This document shows, one piece after another, positions 36,110 through 50,612 of a DNA stretch of 64,000 nucleotides (the first letter of the stretch is position 1; each line of letters begins with the position of its first letter). The DNA is taken from positions 74,648,001-74,712,000 of the forward strand of contig NC_043004.1 in the NCBI RefSeq assembly GCF_006345805.1, written 5' to 3'. A program made the position numbers and the translations under genes. The DNA is from Octopus sinensis. Its lineage: Eukaryota. Under the pieces are notes generated by a model. It searched no databases and had not been told where the DNA came from. It saw only the letters and a program-made list of their open reading frames with translations.

Positions 36110-37790
36110 CTTAATTATTATATTATACTTTAGTTTGGTTTTAATTATTACTTACTACATATAGCTCAATTGTTATTATTATCTCTAATTTTTATTTTTA
36201 AAGTGAAATATCTGACATAAAATAGAGAAATGTTTTTGTTTCATTTTTAACACGTAATACTGAAATAGTGGAGAAGATATGATATTGCTATGGGCTCGCC
36301 CTAGGCAAGAAGTTGAACATTTGTTTTTGCCCATGAAACTACATGGACCCTAAGTAAAGCATGTGTAAAATTTGAATGAAATTGGTTGTGTAGTTCTCAA
36401 GTTTTAGGGAATTGTAGTGGAGAAGATATGATATTGCTGTGGGCTCGCCCTAGGCAAAAAGTTAAAGTCTTTTTTGCCGATGACACTCCCCGGACCCTAA
36501 GTAAGGCATGTGTAAAATTTGAATGAAATTGTTTGTGTAGTTCTCGGGTTTTAGGGAAACACACAGACAGACAGACAGACACACATTCTCAGTTTTTTAT
36601 ATATACTAGTATTAAAGACCCTTCGTTGCCGGGTCATAGTGCTAGTACATGTATATATGTGTATATGTATGTGTACATATTACATGTACATCTATATATA
36701 TACATCTACACATAAAATACAAAATACAAAGTTATATCTTGATATCGCTAGTGATAACAATACTCAAAATATATAACAGACTGGAATTGTTAGCCCGTCT
36801 CTTGTAATTTCAATCAATTGTATCTTGCCCTCCCTCTTGTATAGAAGTGTGGCTACAAACCAGCCTACATCTACTTCTGGAGGGGGGGGGGGCGCATTAA
36901 AATTTTTTTCCGGGACGACCTACGTCCAATATATAAAGGTAAAAATAAAATATTTCCACTTTGCAAGTTCGAGTCGAGTACTCCGTTGACTCGACCCTTG
37001 CTTCTGTTGTGGCGAATTTACTGCCTCTGATTAGATATCTTTCATAGTCGAACCAAGACACTTTTCGAAGGTGCTTTCCTCCATGTGTTCAAATCTTCTT
37101 TTTTCTCTACATTGTATACTTTATAGACAATAGTCTTTTCTTTAATTTAATTTTTATTATCCATCTGGACTATTTCATTTCTGCACACTAATTTTATTTT
37201 TAATTTATTCCCATTCATGTTAAACCACTTATTCAAATTCAAGTCATTGATGCAATTTTATACCAATTGCTATTTTTACTTTTGTTATGTTACGATTATA
37301 TTATACTTTAGTTTGATTTTAATTATTACTTACTACATATAATTCAATTGTTATTATTATTTTTATTGTTAAAGTGAAAGTATCTGACATAAAATATAGA
37401 AATGTTTTGTTTCACTTTTAACAAGTAATACTGAAATAGTGGAGAAGGTATGATATTGCTATGGACTCGCTCTAGGCAAGAAGTTGAACATTTTTATTGC
37501 CCATGAAACTACATGGACCCTAAGTAAGGCATGTGTAAAATTTGAATGAAATTGGTTGTGTAGTTCTCAAGTTTTAGGGAATCGTAGTGGAGAAGATATG
37601 ATATTGCTGTGGGCTCGCTCTAGGCAAAAAGTTAAACATTTTTTGCCGGTGACACTCCCCGGACCCTAAGTAAGGCATGTGTAAAATTTGAATGAAATCA
37701 GTTGTGCAGTTATCAAGTTTTAGGGAAACACACAGATAGACAGACAGACAGACACACATTCTCAGTTTTATATATATAAAGATAGATATA
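36110..37790 (+). mobile_element. Non-autonomous Helitron/Helentron-like element with duplicated ~490-bp end modules
   Basis: 36110-36600 resembles 37295-37775, each with ~125-bp internal repeats and (GACA)n; hairpin GACCC...GGGTC followed by CTAG at about 36617-36645. Confidence 0.5.
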
Positions 37791-38499
37791 TATACAGGAG
37801 GGATTCACAAAAAAACAAAAGACAAAGACAGGTGGTGTAGACAACAAACAGATGTATTAGTATAACGCTCGGGAAGTGAAAAAGTCTTTAACGTTTCGAG
37901 CCTACGCACTTCCATAGAAAGGAACACAGAAAGAAACAAGGAGATAAAAGAAAGCATGTGTAGTGGCTTGCGATCAATCATGCCGAATGCCGGACAGAAG
38001 GGTCACACAGGAGAGCGAGAGAGAAGGGGAGATGATAAAGTAGAGGTGATCTCAAAACGAAGGTGCGCGTGCGTCGGTATAAGAGTTTGTATGTGCATGT
38101 TGAAGAAGGCTGGTGATCTTGATGTGTGCGTATGTGTATGTGTAGGTGCGAAAATGTGGGACTGGGAAGTGGTCAGTGCTGATGTGTGCGTGGTGGTGTG
38201 TTGTGTTTTGATGTGTGGTGTATATACACACACACACACATCTTTATACGTATCACATCATTATACAAATCACGTCCTTAGGTGATATCTTCGCAAGAAT
38301 ACCATAATTCATGAGTCTATAAAAATCTATTTACATCAAGCATGATACATAAATATTTATTTTACTTACAATGGGATTAGTTGTATATACCACTATATAT
38401 ATATATATATATGCATGTGTGGATGTATTCATATATAAATCTTTGATAGTTATATATGTGTGTGGATATATGTATGTATGCATGCATGTATGCATGCCA

Positions 38500-41400
38500 T
38501 TATTCAGCTTATTTCAAGATTTCTTGCCAATATTGAAAGAACCGGTTTCTAACCTAGATCTAAGGTTCCTTATTGAGATTTCAACATCAAGAACTGTATT
38601 TTCGTATGGATGCATGTATGCATGCGTTTGTGTATGTGTGTATGTATTTATTTATGTATGTATCTATGTATCTATGTATGTACAGATTTATATGCTTTAT
38701 GTATATATTCTCATTCATATAGTTACATATCTAGACATGCTAATATATAATGATAAACTTCTGTTAAGTTTTACAGATTTTTACAGCTCCAGTGATAGTC
38801 TGGATCTTAGCTTTCCCCTTTCTGGTTTTGAGAAGCCTAAATTCTCAAGATCGGTGTATAGGTACTGTGATACATATCTAAGGGCCCCAATGATTACTGA
38901 CCTAAACCTGAACTTGTGATCTGGATAGAGTAACTGCACGATTCTCAATAGTTCAGCATAGGTGTTCACTTTTCCACAGATCTTCAGCTTTATGTTAGCA
39001 TCAGCTGGGCAGCTAATTTCTACAACTGTACGCAGATATCTTCTCTATCCCAAATAATTATATCAGGTCTGTTGTGCTTACATTTTATTGAGCTCTTCAC
39101 TGGTGTATTCAACCTGTATTCCTTTTTATTATGAATGGCTATGGATTTTATCACATTGTGGGTTCTTATTTCTTTGTCCTCGGGATCATCCTTCCGACAG
39201 ATTTCATTATAGAACGTCCTAGCTACAGCAGCATGATGACATTTTCGGACAACTGTTAATGATATGGGCGATATCTTCCTTGTGAATTCCACAAAGCCTG
39301 CATCGATTGACACATTTTACAGCTTTTCCTGCATCTCTATCTCTTTTGTGCATCAGGTGCTTGGTTGATATTTCCTATTGCTGGATTTCAAACGCATACC
39401 CTTCAAAGTGGGAGATAGTAATCTTATGATATTATCAGCCTCATGTATGTAATCTTCGTCAAAGGATGCACTCGTCATTTCGTAGTTAAAATATGTTGCC
39501 GAAGGGATATGATGCGACATTTAAAAGGCATTTGGGATCGATGTTAAACTTCTGCTACCTTGTTTTCATTTTAGGTGGATGCGGTCTACGTCAGTTTATG
39601 AGTAAATTATGTATGCTTGTTAGTATTTTTCGGATTTTCACGTCAATGGCTCGGATCTCATCAAGCGTCCAATCAAGTAGCCCAAATGTTGGTATGAGTA
39701 GTGGCACTGAAGGCACATTGTGGGCCACTGTTTTATTGAATGCAGTGAGATCTGAGGCCCAAAGTTTCTTTACTCGGCTATAATATTCTTTAGTGACAGG
39801 TGTCACTGTAGGATATATTTTCATTCACCCCCTGATACTGTAACATTCGTCGTCAGATACGGGAGAAACAGTCAAATCCTTAATAGAGATGTTACCAGTC
39901 TAGTGTACAGTTTGCCCCCTTTTCACAACCATATAACATTTATTCTGACCAAACTCTAGCCCTACATATTTTGCGTATATTGTGACTAGGTCAAGGCTTT
40001 TTTTCACTTCATATATATTCTTTGCATAAAGTTTCAAGTCATCCACAAAGAAACAGTGTGTAATTTTGGTATTTCTTTTTCCTTGTGATCCAATGAGATA
40101 TCCTTCAGACTTTCTTAACATGAATGATAAAGGGTTTACAGAATTTATAAACAACATCATAGAGGATCTGTCTCCTTGGAATATGCCTTTGAGCTACTGT
40201 TTTCTAACGGTGATAATACAGTCACTCCGTGTGTAATTTCAAGGTGGTGGCAGAGAAACTTTAGCAAGTTAAAAAGCTTCTAGCATCCATGAGTGGGGAA
40301 CAGAGTCAAAGGCTTTCTTATAGTCTAGCCACATTGAAACTAGGTTCCTCCTATGCTCTCGCACCTCTGACATCACAATTTATTAACAATTGATTAACAA
40401 TTGTGCGCCACATCCCAGACTCCCTTCTTCCCAGCTGCTTGTTCTGCTGTGATAATGCTATTTGTCTTATAATGGTCCTGGAAGAAGAGGTTTAAACATG
40501 CAGTATATATTTTATACATTAAGTTCTGGCATTCAATTGGCCGGTAGTTTTTTTTTTTTTTTGCCATGTGGGTGGTTCTGCATTTGGGGATCAATTTTGT
40601 CTCTAACAAAGCTAACCAGTGTGGTATGCTGCTGTTCCCCATGAAGGCTTGCTGGTACAAATTGATCAGATATGGTTGTAGAGTGTTAGCTGCTTGTACA
40701 AATATCCAAAAATCAAGTGTCTTCAAGGGAGCTTTTCCATCCTGGAGTTTCTGGATCAGAATTGTAAGTTTCACCATGAATTTTCTATGTCTTGGATGTT
40801 ACGCAGGAGCAATAACTTTTTCAGATTTCTTCCAGCCACAGAGTATCTTGGTTAAACTCCTCCGCTTCACTCCAGATTTTCCTCCAGAAGGAGTATGTGC
40901 CTTCTCGTGAAGGAGCTTTCATGATGTTTACTGCTCCTCTTCAAATGTCTCTGTAAACTGCTGCCTGGTTGCGGTTAAATGTTTTGTTTATTGTTGGTCT
41001 CTCGGTTATTCTCTTCTGATGTCGGATTTTTTCATTGACAGCTTTTAGCTCCTACTTGAGGGTAATCAGTTTTCAAGTGAGTATTCTCATTTTACTGTCC
41101 CCAAAAATCATTTCCATCACCTTCTTTACTTTCTGTTGTTGTTGGGACGTATAGTGATTTGCTTGTTTGCATACAATAAGCATCATTACATGACTGATGG
41201 TCTTCCGTAAACCACTTATCTTTTTCTCCTTCAAAACCAATGATGGTACTTTCTATGTTTCCGTTTTGTTTACCTTTTGAATATCATTCATGTACTGCTT
41301 TACTGTAGTAAATAGAACATACAGACAGGCATTAATCTGCCAGTATGTAGGTTCATTACACTGTTGTAAATACTCATCACCAATTTCGTTAACAGCTTTA

Positions 41401-41528
41401 AATACCGTATCTGATGCGGTGTTTTACTTACTTTGGTAGAGAATACTCTCTCCTCGAGAGAGTCCTTCAGAGCCGAAGTTATTTTTTCTCGGAAAATTTA
41501 AGGGCACGTTCACTGGCATATAATCTAG

Positions 41529-41599
<71 letters not shown>

Positions 41600-41900
41600 A
41601 ACAATAATCATTGCGGTTGTGCCTCCTAATTATCATAGCCGTAGTAGGGGGACAGTGGCCAGTTACTTGAGCTGGTAATGTCGTTTGGTTGGCAGGCACT
41701 ACAGAATCTGTTGGAATGTCGCTAGCTGCAAAACCGCGTTATGGTCTCATATCATTCACGTTTTTTCATAAAGTAACAGTTACTAACCTTCTTCCTATGT
41801 TCTGCAATTGTTGTTTGTTGGCGTAGGTGCTTCGCGGTAAAATGATTTAATTCTGGATGCAGATCGTCCCAATATGATTTCAATCGATTCATATAGCCAA
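38500..41900 (-). mobile_element. R4/Dong-clade non-LTR retrotransposon, degraded
   Basis: WLDYKKAFDSVPH, HCFFVDDLKLYAK and RLE motif HNRPDIIIWDR; internal (TAC)n at 41529-41598. Confidence 0.85.
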
Positions 41901-44198
41901 CAGCGGAGTTTTGTTTCGCTTTTTCGTTGCAGTTAAAACAGATCAGTATTCAATTCATAACTCCAAAAGAAATGAGTTTTGTAGTTACGCTTTCTTCTAT
42001 TACAACAGCTAAAAAGAATCTGTTTATCCGTTGAGCTTTTGTTTTCGTTCTGTTCCTCGATTGTGTTGTTGATGTTGATGTCCAGTCATGTTGTTTGTAG
42101 TAACTCTCTGCAAGTTCAAGTTTCAGTCGAAAATCACTACGATCGTAAATAAAAAGTCCCTCAGTTAATTCATTTGAAGATTAACCAGTTATTTAACAAG
42201 GCTGATAGCTGTGGCTCCAACGTTGGAGATATTATTCATCGTATTTTCGATAAATAACTTCCCACGCCAAAACGCGACTTGTCGTTTCGAATGCATGTAT
42301 GTATGTATGTATGTATGTATGTATGTATGTATGTATGTATGTATGTATGTATGTATGTATGTATGTATGTATATATGTATGTATGTATGTACGTGAGAGG
42401 ATCGTCTCCTGGATATGAAATTAAACTTCATCCAGTTTAAAGGTCCAGTTAGAAAGTTCTGAAACTGTGTGGGGCATGAAATCCACCCTTAATTACTATT
42501 TCTCCCCGATCCATTCTGACCTGGAACGTTAATACCTGTCAGGGTCACATCTAAGTGTTATATTTCACTGGGGTGGAAGAGGCTACCGTTATCATTGACA
42601 AAGCCGTGGAGAAGGAAGCATTTCTATGAGAAAGATTCTCTGACATAAAGCTTGCAGTCAAAATTGTGCCAGTCCTGTTGCAATGCTTGTCACTGGAACC
42701 TACTATAGTGTCTGGGCGAATACAGGGAGATGTTGAAATGTTCCTGGTTTTCAGTAAAAGAAAATACAGGAAGATCAGTTAATTATGATTATATTCAAAA
42801 TATTCCCCTCACAACTTCACACACTGGTTGCAGCGGTCCTTCAGTAAAATAACTCAGAATGTTGGGGGGGGGGGGTCTAACCAGAAACTTTTCAGCACCT
42901 CCACGTAGCAAGTGTATTGCACAAGCTTTTCTTACTAGAAACCAATCACCTACGGATTTCTCTCTATCATTTCCCTTCTTGATCGCTTCTGTATTTTATA
43001 TAGTCTTATGGCGATGGATATCCACGCACTTGCAATGATGAAAGTAAATCAGAACAACCAGGCCGAGTGTGAGACGATTATCATCAACACGATGAAGCAA
43101 CTTATGATACGATGTAGCTTCAAAGATTATAAGAATCACATACGATACTGAAGTCACGTTTGAGTTAACAATTCCAACAGAAACTTAGCTTATACTGAGA
43201 TGTTTTGTGCCTTTCTGTATGAATTGTGGCCTAGCCTAAACATCTCTTCGTCTCTTTAAATGATCGTTTAGGCAATGTTTGTCAGACATTTTGTCATTTC
43301 ACTCTCGAATTTTTCTGTTCCTGCCTTCTTTACATCTTACTAGTTCTGCTACCACGATTCTTTTACACTTATCCTTCACCCATTGATTTTCTAGTTTCCA
43401 TCTCAATTGAAATACAACACACAGTGCGTATCAACACGCATACTGAGCACTTGTGAGTACATTCGAGATGATAAAGGAACACGTATAGGCACAGATACAA
43501 AAAGAGATGCTGAGTGAGAGAGAAGCAAATGTATTTTATAAGTAATTATTTTCATGTCTGCATAAACCTCATGTAGGGGCATGGCTTGGTGACTGGTAGG
43601 TTCATCTGAACGTCATAAGATCGTTCTTTCGATCCCTTGACATTTGATGTGTTGAATCCTTCATTACATAATTTCATCTTACGCAGGTGAAATGAGTCCT
43701 AGTACTGTTCACTCTCACTCCTCGTCTACCATTATGTCGCTGTTTCTCTGGAGCATGTGTGATTAACCCAGAAAATACCTATGACGATGGTGACGCCTAA
43801 ATCTTAGAGTGAAACCATGATGCATGTTACCATCTCACACTCTCCTAAGCGTGACATATACTCTCCCTCGTTATTTATTCTATAAATAAATTACTTACGG
43901 AATTTTATTACAATCAGTTTAACCATATTTTCAATCATATGTTAAATATGTTAATTATGTTTCTAATTATATGTTGAAGGACTATGCACAATTCTGATTT
44001 ATAATTTAGAACCGGAATTTCAAGCTGTACAAATTTTTCTGCAATTTAACAATAGAACATGAAAACCACCAAGTGCAATTGAGATATTTAAATTTAGCAC
44101 GTTGCTTACAATACTTTGGAGTTTAAATTTGGAACAATACATTACTGGTTGTTAATGCTTGTGAATTTACAATGTCCTTGAAATGAACAAGTTTATGA

Positions 44199-45491
44199 TA
44201 CGAGGGACGTTCAATAAGTAATGCCCCTGACCCACTTCCCATAGCAGTAGAGCAACGACACTTGGCACAGTTATTAGTCTTTTCCCACATAGGAACTACC
44301 CAGAGTTATGCATTTCTCCCATCGTTTGATACAGCTCTGAAGACCGTTTTTGTAGAAGACCCCAGCTTGGTCCTCCAACCACGACGTGACTTCAGAAATC
44401 AAGGCTGCATCATCTGGGAAACGCTTTCCTTTCAAAAACAACTTCATGGCTGGAAGAGATGAAAATCAGAGGGTGCAAGGTCAGGAAAGTAGGGGGGATG
44501 GGGGATGAGTTCATAGCCGCACGCCTGTGCTTCTGATCTGGCAACAAGCGAGTTGTGGATCGGTGCGTTGTCCTGCAGGAGGAGGATGCCTTTGCTGATC
44601 TTGCCCCGCCTCTTGATTTTGATAGCTTCTCTTAATTTCCTCAAAAATGAAGCACATAGACTCCTGTAATTGTGGCACCCTTTGCCAGGAAATCTGTCTT
44701 CACTACTCCGTCCTGGTCCCAGAAGACTGTAAGCATGACCTTACCAGCGGAGGGCTGCACCCTTGCCTTCTTTGGAGGAGGTGAGTCACGGTGCTTCCAC
44801 TGCATTGACGGGCTTTGGTCTCTGGATCATAGTGATGGACCCAGGTTTTATCCTATGCAATCAGTCTTTTGAAAAATTTTGACTCATCTTCTTGGCACAT
44901 CTCCAAATTCATCCACGAGCAATCGACGCGTTCTTGCTTCTGGAAAGGTGTGAGCAGCCTGGGAATCCATCTGGCAGACACCTTTTGCATATGCAAATGG
45001 TCATGAATGATAGTTTCCTCAGACCCGGTACTAATCTTGACCTCATGGGCTATTTGGCGAATAGTTATGCGTCGATCTTCCAAAATGGCAGCCTCAACTT
45101 GACAGACAGATGCTTCATCAATGGCAGAAGGGGGCGACCAGATCTGGGAGCTGTTTCCACAGAGTTCCGACCATGTTTGAATTCACGATGCCAGCGTTTT
45201 ACAAGGTTATATGATGGGGCATCATCACCATAAGTTACTTTCATTTCATCAAAAGTCTCCCGTGGTGTGCGTCCTTTCAAATACAAAAACCGGATCACTG
45301 CTCGACACTCAACATGCGCCATTTCACACTTGACTCAGTTCAAACACCGGTAAATCGGAAACCACAATTAGTTCAGAGCTGTAATTTGCTACTTCATCTA
45401 TAGAGATATAAATAATTGCACATGCAAAATTTCAGCTAGATCAAACAACTGTAAGGGGATCAGAAGCACTACTTATTGAACGCCCCTCGTA
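44199..45491 (-). mobile_element. Full-length mariner transposon, frameshifted
   Basis: TA-flanked TIRs CGAGGGACGTTCAATAAGTA / TACTTATTGAACGCCCCTCG; WIPRLL, QDNAP and PDLAPSDF motifs. Confidence 0.95.
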
Positions 45492-45636
45492 CGGTTTCAA
45501 ATGAAGGTACATTGTGCTTCGATAGATATCAACGGTTTTAATTTTTCAATAATATCTCATGAATTAATTCAAAGATTCGATAACGAAACATTAAATAAAA
45601 TACAGAATATTGGAAAATATTTGTTTCATTTTCTAG

Positions 45637-45850
45637 TTTCAGCTCAGAGCTGCGCCTATGCTGATGCGCCGCCGTGTTGTGCTACACTGTTATTACTAAG
45701 AGCGTCCACTAATATGTGGCACTTGGTGAAGAATGGAGTTTGATATAGCTACCCTCATTTGCACCTCTTGCCGTGAGGTAGGTTCATCTGGGACTCTCGA
45801 CAGGAAGAGGTCCAATTTTGATTTAAAAACACCTACATCTACTTTGCGCA
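45637..45850 (-). mobile_element. 3' tail fragment of a CR1/L2-like LINE
   Basis: Reverse complement GGCGGCGCATCAGCATAGGCGCAGCTCTGAGCTGAAAC resembles the tail at 33135-33172. Confidence 0.5.
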
Positions 45851-46364
45851 ATTTCCTCAAACTCTTTTTAAATAATTTAAATCAAATAATTTTAATCAAA
45901 TAGTGTATTGAATGGAATTACTAACAACACAAAGAGATCTGAAATAGACAGTATAATAAATGACAGGGCTAAGTTGTATAGTCGACGATAATTATCCATA
46001 TATAAAGTCAGAGTATGAAAATGTATGGATTCCACGAATGGTTTATATGGTGAGCTTAGCTTACATGTATCAGTTAAGCCAGCTTATATAATTTATAGAT
46101 ATATAATTATGTTTTTGCTGGGGTCTAACCAGATATCTCGTACTTGTAGCCAGTTGTGAATAGAACATTAGCAATTGCCTTCCTTAGTAAACCTGTTTCC
46201 TCAGTTTTTGTTTTTTGGCATTTCTAAGATAGCGTATGTTCCACTGCATCAAAATTCTTTTCCTGCTAAGTCTTATTCAATATGTCACTATCCCAAGTAT
46301 TTCTTCATGAATACATATTTTAGCATTTTTACCTGTTTCATGTTTAATCATCTTTCTGTACAAT

Positions 46365-46600
46365 AGAGTAAGGGCACGTTCACTGGCATATAATCTTGAC
46401 TACCACTACTACTACTATTACTACAATAATCATTGCGGTTGTGCCTTCTAATTACCATAGTCGTAGTTGGGAGACAGTGGCCAGTTACTTGAGCTGGTAA
46501 TGTTGTTTGGCTGGCAGGCACTACAGAATCTGTTGGAATGTCGTTAGCTGCAAAACCGCGTTGTGGTCTCATATCATTCACGTTTTTCATAAAGTTTTTC
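46365..46600 (-). mobile_element. R4/Dong 5' fragment
   Basis: Highly similar to 41498-41775. Confidence 0.8.
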
Positions 46601-47509
46601 ATAAGTGTGAGTGAATCTTTAGCACATTGGCATTTTTTCCTGCCGTCTATGCTATGATTTCAAATCCTGACAATGACCAACATTTCGCTTCGTCCTTTAT
46701 GATAAACCACTCCCTTCAATTTGCCAATATACTTTACGCATCCCTTGAATCAACATGTGCTCGTCTTTCGTACTTTCTCTCTCGCCCTTCTTTATACTGA
46801 GATAGTCTTGTTCACCCTGCAATCTAGTTCCTGCTTCAGCCTTTGATCACTACTGATTATGCCTACCAAGTACGTTAAATGATCTCCTTCTACCAGTTAT
46901 GATGACGATAGGTTGAGTTTGTCCTGCTTGGATTCATCGAGTTAGGACTCGAAAGAAATTAAAAATTTTCTAAATATTAATATTTAAATCTAATTTTCCG
47001 ACAACAACGACAAAAACATCCATCTTGTTTTATATGTCCACCGCACAATAAGAATTAGAAATGCCATTATCGACGAAAAACATTCATCCCACGAATACAC
47101 GTGTAATCTTGGTCATAGTTTTGGGCTGTGGCACTATAATTTGCTTAATATCATGTCTTGTTTGTTTGTGTATACCTTTAGTTGAGCTGCAGAATGCTTC
47201 TGTAAGTATCGCTGATATATTGAGCAAGAGTAATTTTGATACTAATACTCACACCTGCTCAAATTACGCAGCAATATACGTATTCAGAACCCTAGTTCTA
47301 ACGTGTGTTATTAGAAAGAACTTTACCGAATACCAAAATTTCTAAGTAACAACACAGTTCTTATCATTATTTCGTATTCAGTATTTTCCTTGTGATTTTA
47401 TCCTCTTTCTTCCGTACATTTCAGTCAATGATGTCAGCGCAAATCAGGTAGTATCACACTCTTTACACTTAGCTTTCTTTTGTATTAGAATTAACAATTT
47501 GATGACAAT

Positions 47510-47628
47510 TCGTGGAGCTTTTAGGTGTTTTCGCTCAATAAACACACACAACGCTCGGTCTGGGAATCGAAACCGCGATCCTGCGACCGCGACTCCGCTG
47601 CCCTAACCACTAGGCCATTGCGCCTCCA
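47510..47628 (-). mobile_element. SINE tRNA head
   Basis: Reverse complement of 321-430. Confidence 0.8.
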
Positions 47629-47804
47629 TATATGTATATATATATATATATACCAATTAAGGACTGAACGCGAAAAGTGGACAGTCAACATGCTAGATAT
47701 AGACGTCAAATCGCCATTCTCCACAAAAAGTTTATGTTCTCAGATCAAACTCAACACAAAACCAAAGCAATAAACAAGTGAAAATATACGAAATAAATAT
47801 TTAC

Positions 47805-47869
47805 CCATGTACTAATTTAGTTTCGGCTGTTATTTTCCGCAAGGAAAAGTGCAGCCATCATCAGCATGG
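47805..47869 (-). ncRNA. Type-I hammerhead ribozyme inside a 509-bp monomer (47652-48174)
   Basis: Reverse complement CCATG-CTGATGA-T-GGCTG...TTTTCC(TTGC)GGAAAA...CAGCC-GAAAC-TAAATTA-GTA-CATGG; all three helices pair. Confidence 0.75.
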
Positions 47870-48170
47870 TCCCATATAAAATGCAATTTGCTGGACTAGA
47901 TGCCAACACGATACCGAAATATCGCGTGCATGGAGTACGGCCTATTACATTTGAAATGTATATTTCAAATGTCTTTACTTTTGGCGCGATGAGACACGAG
48001 AAAACTAGCCTGCAGCTAATAGTTAGCAGCAGTTAATTTATCGGTTAGAGAACAAATATTTATATAAAATTAAATTTAGGGTAGAAATTGATATTTATCA
48101 ATTAGAACCAGTGGTCTAGCATATTAAAGAAAGAATCCGAAGATTAAAATATTTATATATACCAATTAAG

Positions 48171-48216
<46 letters not shown>

Positions 48217-48221
<5 letters not shown>

Positions 48222-49689
48222 TAGATAAACTTAGATATGTTTCGACCAAAGATTGGTCCAGGCCATGTCTAACTTAATAGCACCACCTGCTAGGATTATT
48301 CGAATCCTGTTTAAGTCAAGTTTTGTTTAAGTCAAGTTTTGTTTAAGTCAAGTTTTGTTTAAGTCAAGTTTTGTTCAAGTAGTGAGTTCTTGTTGGGTGA
48401 GTTGTATCCAATTATGGGTGGCTTATCTGGTATTCTTTGAAGGAATCTATCCAGACTCTGTTTAAAGTTGATGGGATCCTTTTCCTCTTTGATCTCTCTC
48501 GGGACAATGTTAAATAGGGCAGGGCCTGTTGAGGAAAAGAAATTATGTTGTAGTGTACATGTATGTTGTGATCTTGAATTGGGCAGGGGACGTATAGCCC
48601 GTGGTCCAAGTCTTGGATGGACCTTGAAGCTAATGTTTAGGTCGTTTGGGCAAAGTTGGCGGTATATTTTCCACATCGTACAAATGATGTACCGCTCACG
48701 GCGACGCTGTAGGGAGTAACGTTTCAAGGCTTTAAGGCGATCCCAATAATCGAGAGCAGCCATGCCTTCAATTCGTTTAGTGAGTGCCCTCTGGGGTGAC
48801 TCAATTCTGGAGATGTTTTGTCTTGTGTGAGGAGACCACAGTGGGCAGCAGTATTCAAGGTGTAGCCGTACAAAGGAGGAAAAATGTGGTATGATGACAC
48901 CTTGTTCTCTGGACCGGAAAGTTCTTAAGATCCAGGAACACATCCTACGAGCTATATCGACCTTCTTGTTGATGTGTGCACTCCAACTGAGATCGTCATC
49001 AACAATTACACCCAGGTCTCTGATATTGTTAGAGGCTGTGAGCGGTTCCCCTGAAGGAAGAGAGTATGGCTGTTTTAGTGAGGAGTTTCTTCCAAAATGC
49101 ATCAGCTCAAATTTTCCCTCGTTCAGTTGCATTTTGTTTCTGTCTGCCCATTGACTCACAGCATATAGATCAGACTGGAGTTGAGTTCGGTCTGCTTCTT
49201 CATTGACGATTTGCTGGAGCTTGGTGTCATCAGCGAATATTTTCACTTTGCAGTAATGTACGACACTGGAAAGGTCGTTTATGTAGATTATGAAGAGTAG
49301 CGAACCCAAGACAGTCCTCTGGGGGACACCGCTGGTGACTTTTGCTGGGCTTGAGTGGACTCCATCAACTACAACATGTTGTGTTCTATTCGCCAGGAAA
49401 TACTTGATCCAGTGTAGAACTTTTCCACGGATTCCAACATTTGCCAATTTTGAGAGTAGGATATGATGGTCTACCCTGTCGAACGCTTTACTGAAGTCAA
49501 GATATATGACATCAGAGTTCGAACCTGTTCCCAAGGCTTTGAGTACATCTTCAATGTGGTGTAAGAGCTGTGTTAGACAGTCCCTGCCACAGCGAAAGCC
49601 ATGCTGATTTGCATTTAGGAGTTTCTGGGTCTCCAGGAAGTCAGCCATCCTTGATCTTAACACTCTTTCAAACACTTTGATGATGTGGG

Positions 49690-49692
<3 letters not shown>
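48217..49692 (-). mobile_element. Young 5'-truncated CR1/L2/jockey-group LINE in (TA)n
   Basis: Open RT frame (QHGFR, YLDFSKAFDRV, SGVPQ, FADDTK); 16-bp repeat GTTTAAGTCAAGTTTT x4 at the stop codon. Confidence 0.92.
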
Positions 49693-49779
<87 letters not shown>

Positions 49780-49871
49780 TCGTTTCAAGCGGTTGCAATT
49801 AATTTAACAATGCAATCATTACATGTGTATGTGTGTGTGTATTTATTTATTTTATATATGTATATATAGAG

Positions 49872-49942
<71 letters not shown>

Positions 49943-50612
49943 AGGAAGCGTAGCAATGTGGTAAGAAGTTTCCTTCGTAATCACACGGCTCCGCGGTTGG
50001 GATTTTCTATCGGGTTCTCTTTTCTCTGGTGTTCCTCTCTTTATTTCTCGATCTTTCTCAAGCATCTTTGATGGAACGCCTCTAGTTTTCTCTTTTCACA
50101 ATGCTCTTCCTTGTCCTTGTTGTCGTGAACAGCTGTTGGAGGTACATTCTATTATAGATTTGTATCATTGTGTATAGACCGTTGTTGGTAAAGAACTATA
50201 TACCACAGATTCTCCGGAATACTGTGCAGATCCCAGATCAAATTACCCAAAACGGAAAAATAGCATTCAGCCAAAATAGCTTTAAACGTAGCAAAGTTTT
50301 ACAATAATAGTTAATTACAAGTATACTTTTATTAGTTTCTATTTAATAGATTTAATGTTTCTATTAGTTACAGGTAAGTTTACATTAATGAGTATGCAGT
50401 GTTTTTATTATTAACTTTTGATTTATGAAATGATGTATTTCACTCATAATTAGTTTATTATTCGTAAATTCAATTCAATTGTGTTTTCTTTTGGAGAGGA
50501 AATAAAGTTTTCATCTTTTATTATAGTAGTAACTATGGAAGACTGACGGGATGCATATTTGTAAGGACTTTAAGATTGCTGGTTATTTAGTATATAATTT
50601 AGTTATTATATT

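Noticed and set aside
37860-37920. Minus-strand GAAGTGCGTAGGCTCGAAACGTT hammerhead remnant
   Set aside because: CUGANGA core absent; too degenerate to call
50355-50380. Possible third signal exon (ATGTTTCTATTAGTTACAG|GTAAGT, MFLLVT)
   Set aside because: Too short for a signal peptide and no homology to the conserved promoter or intron
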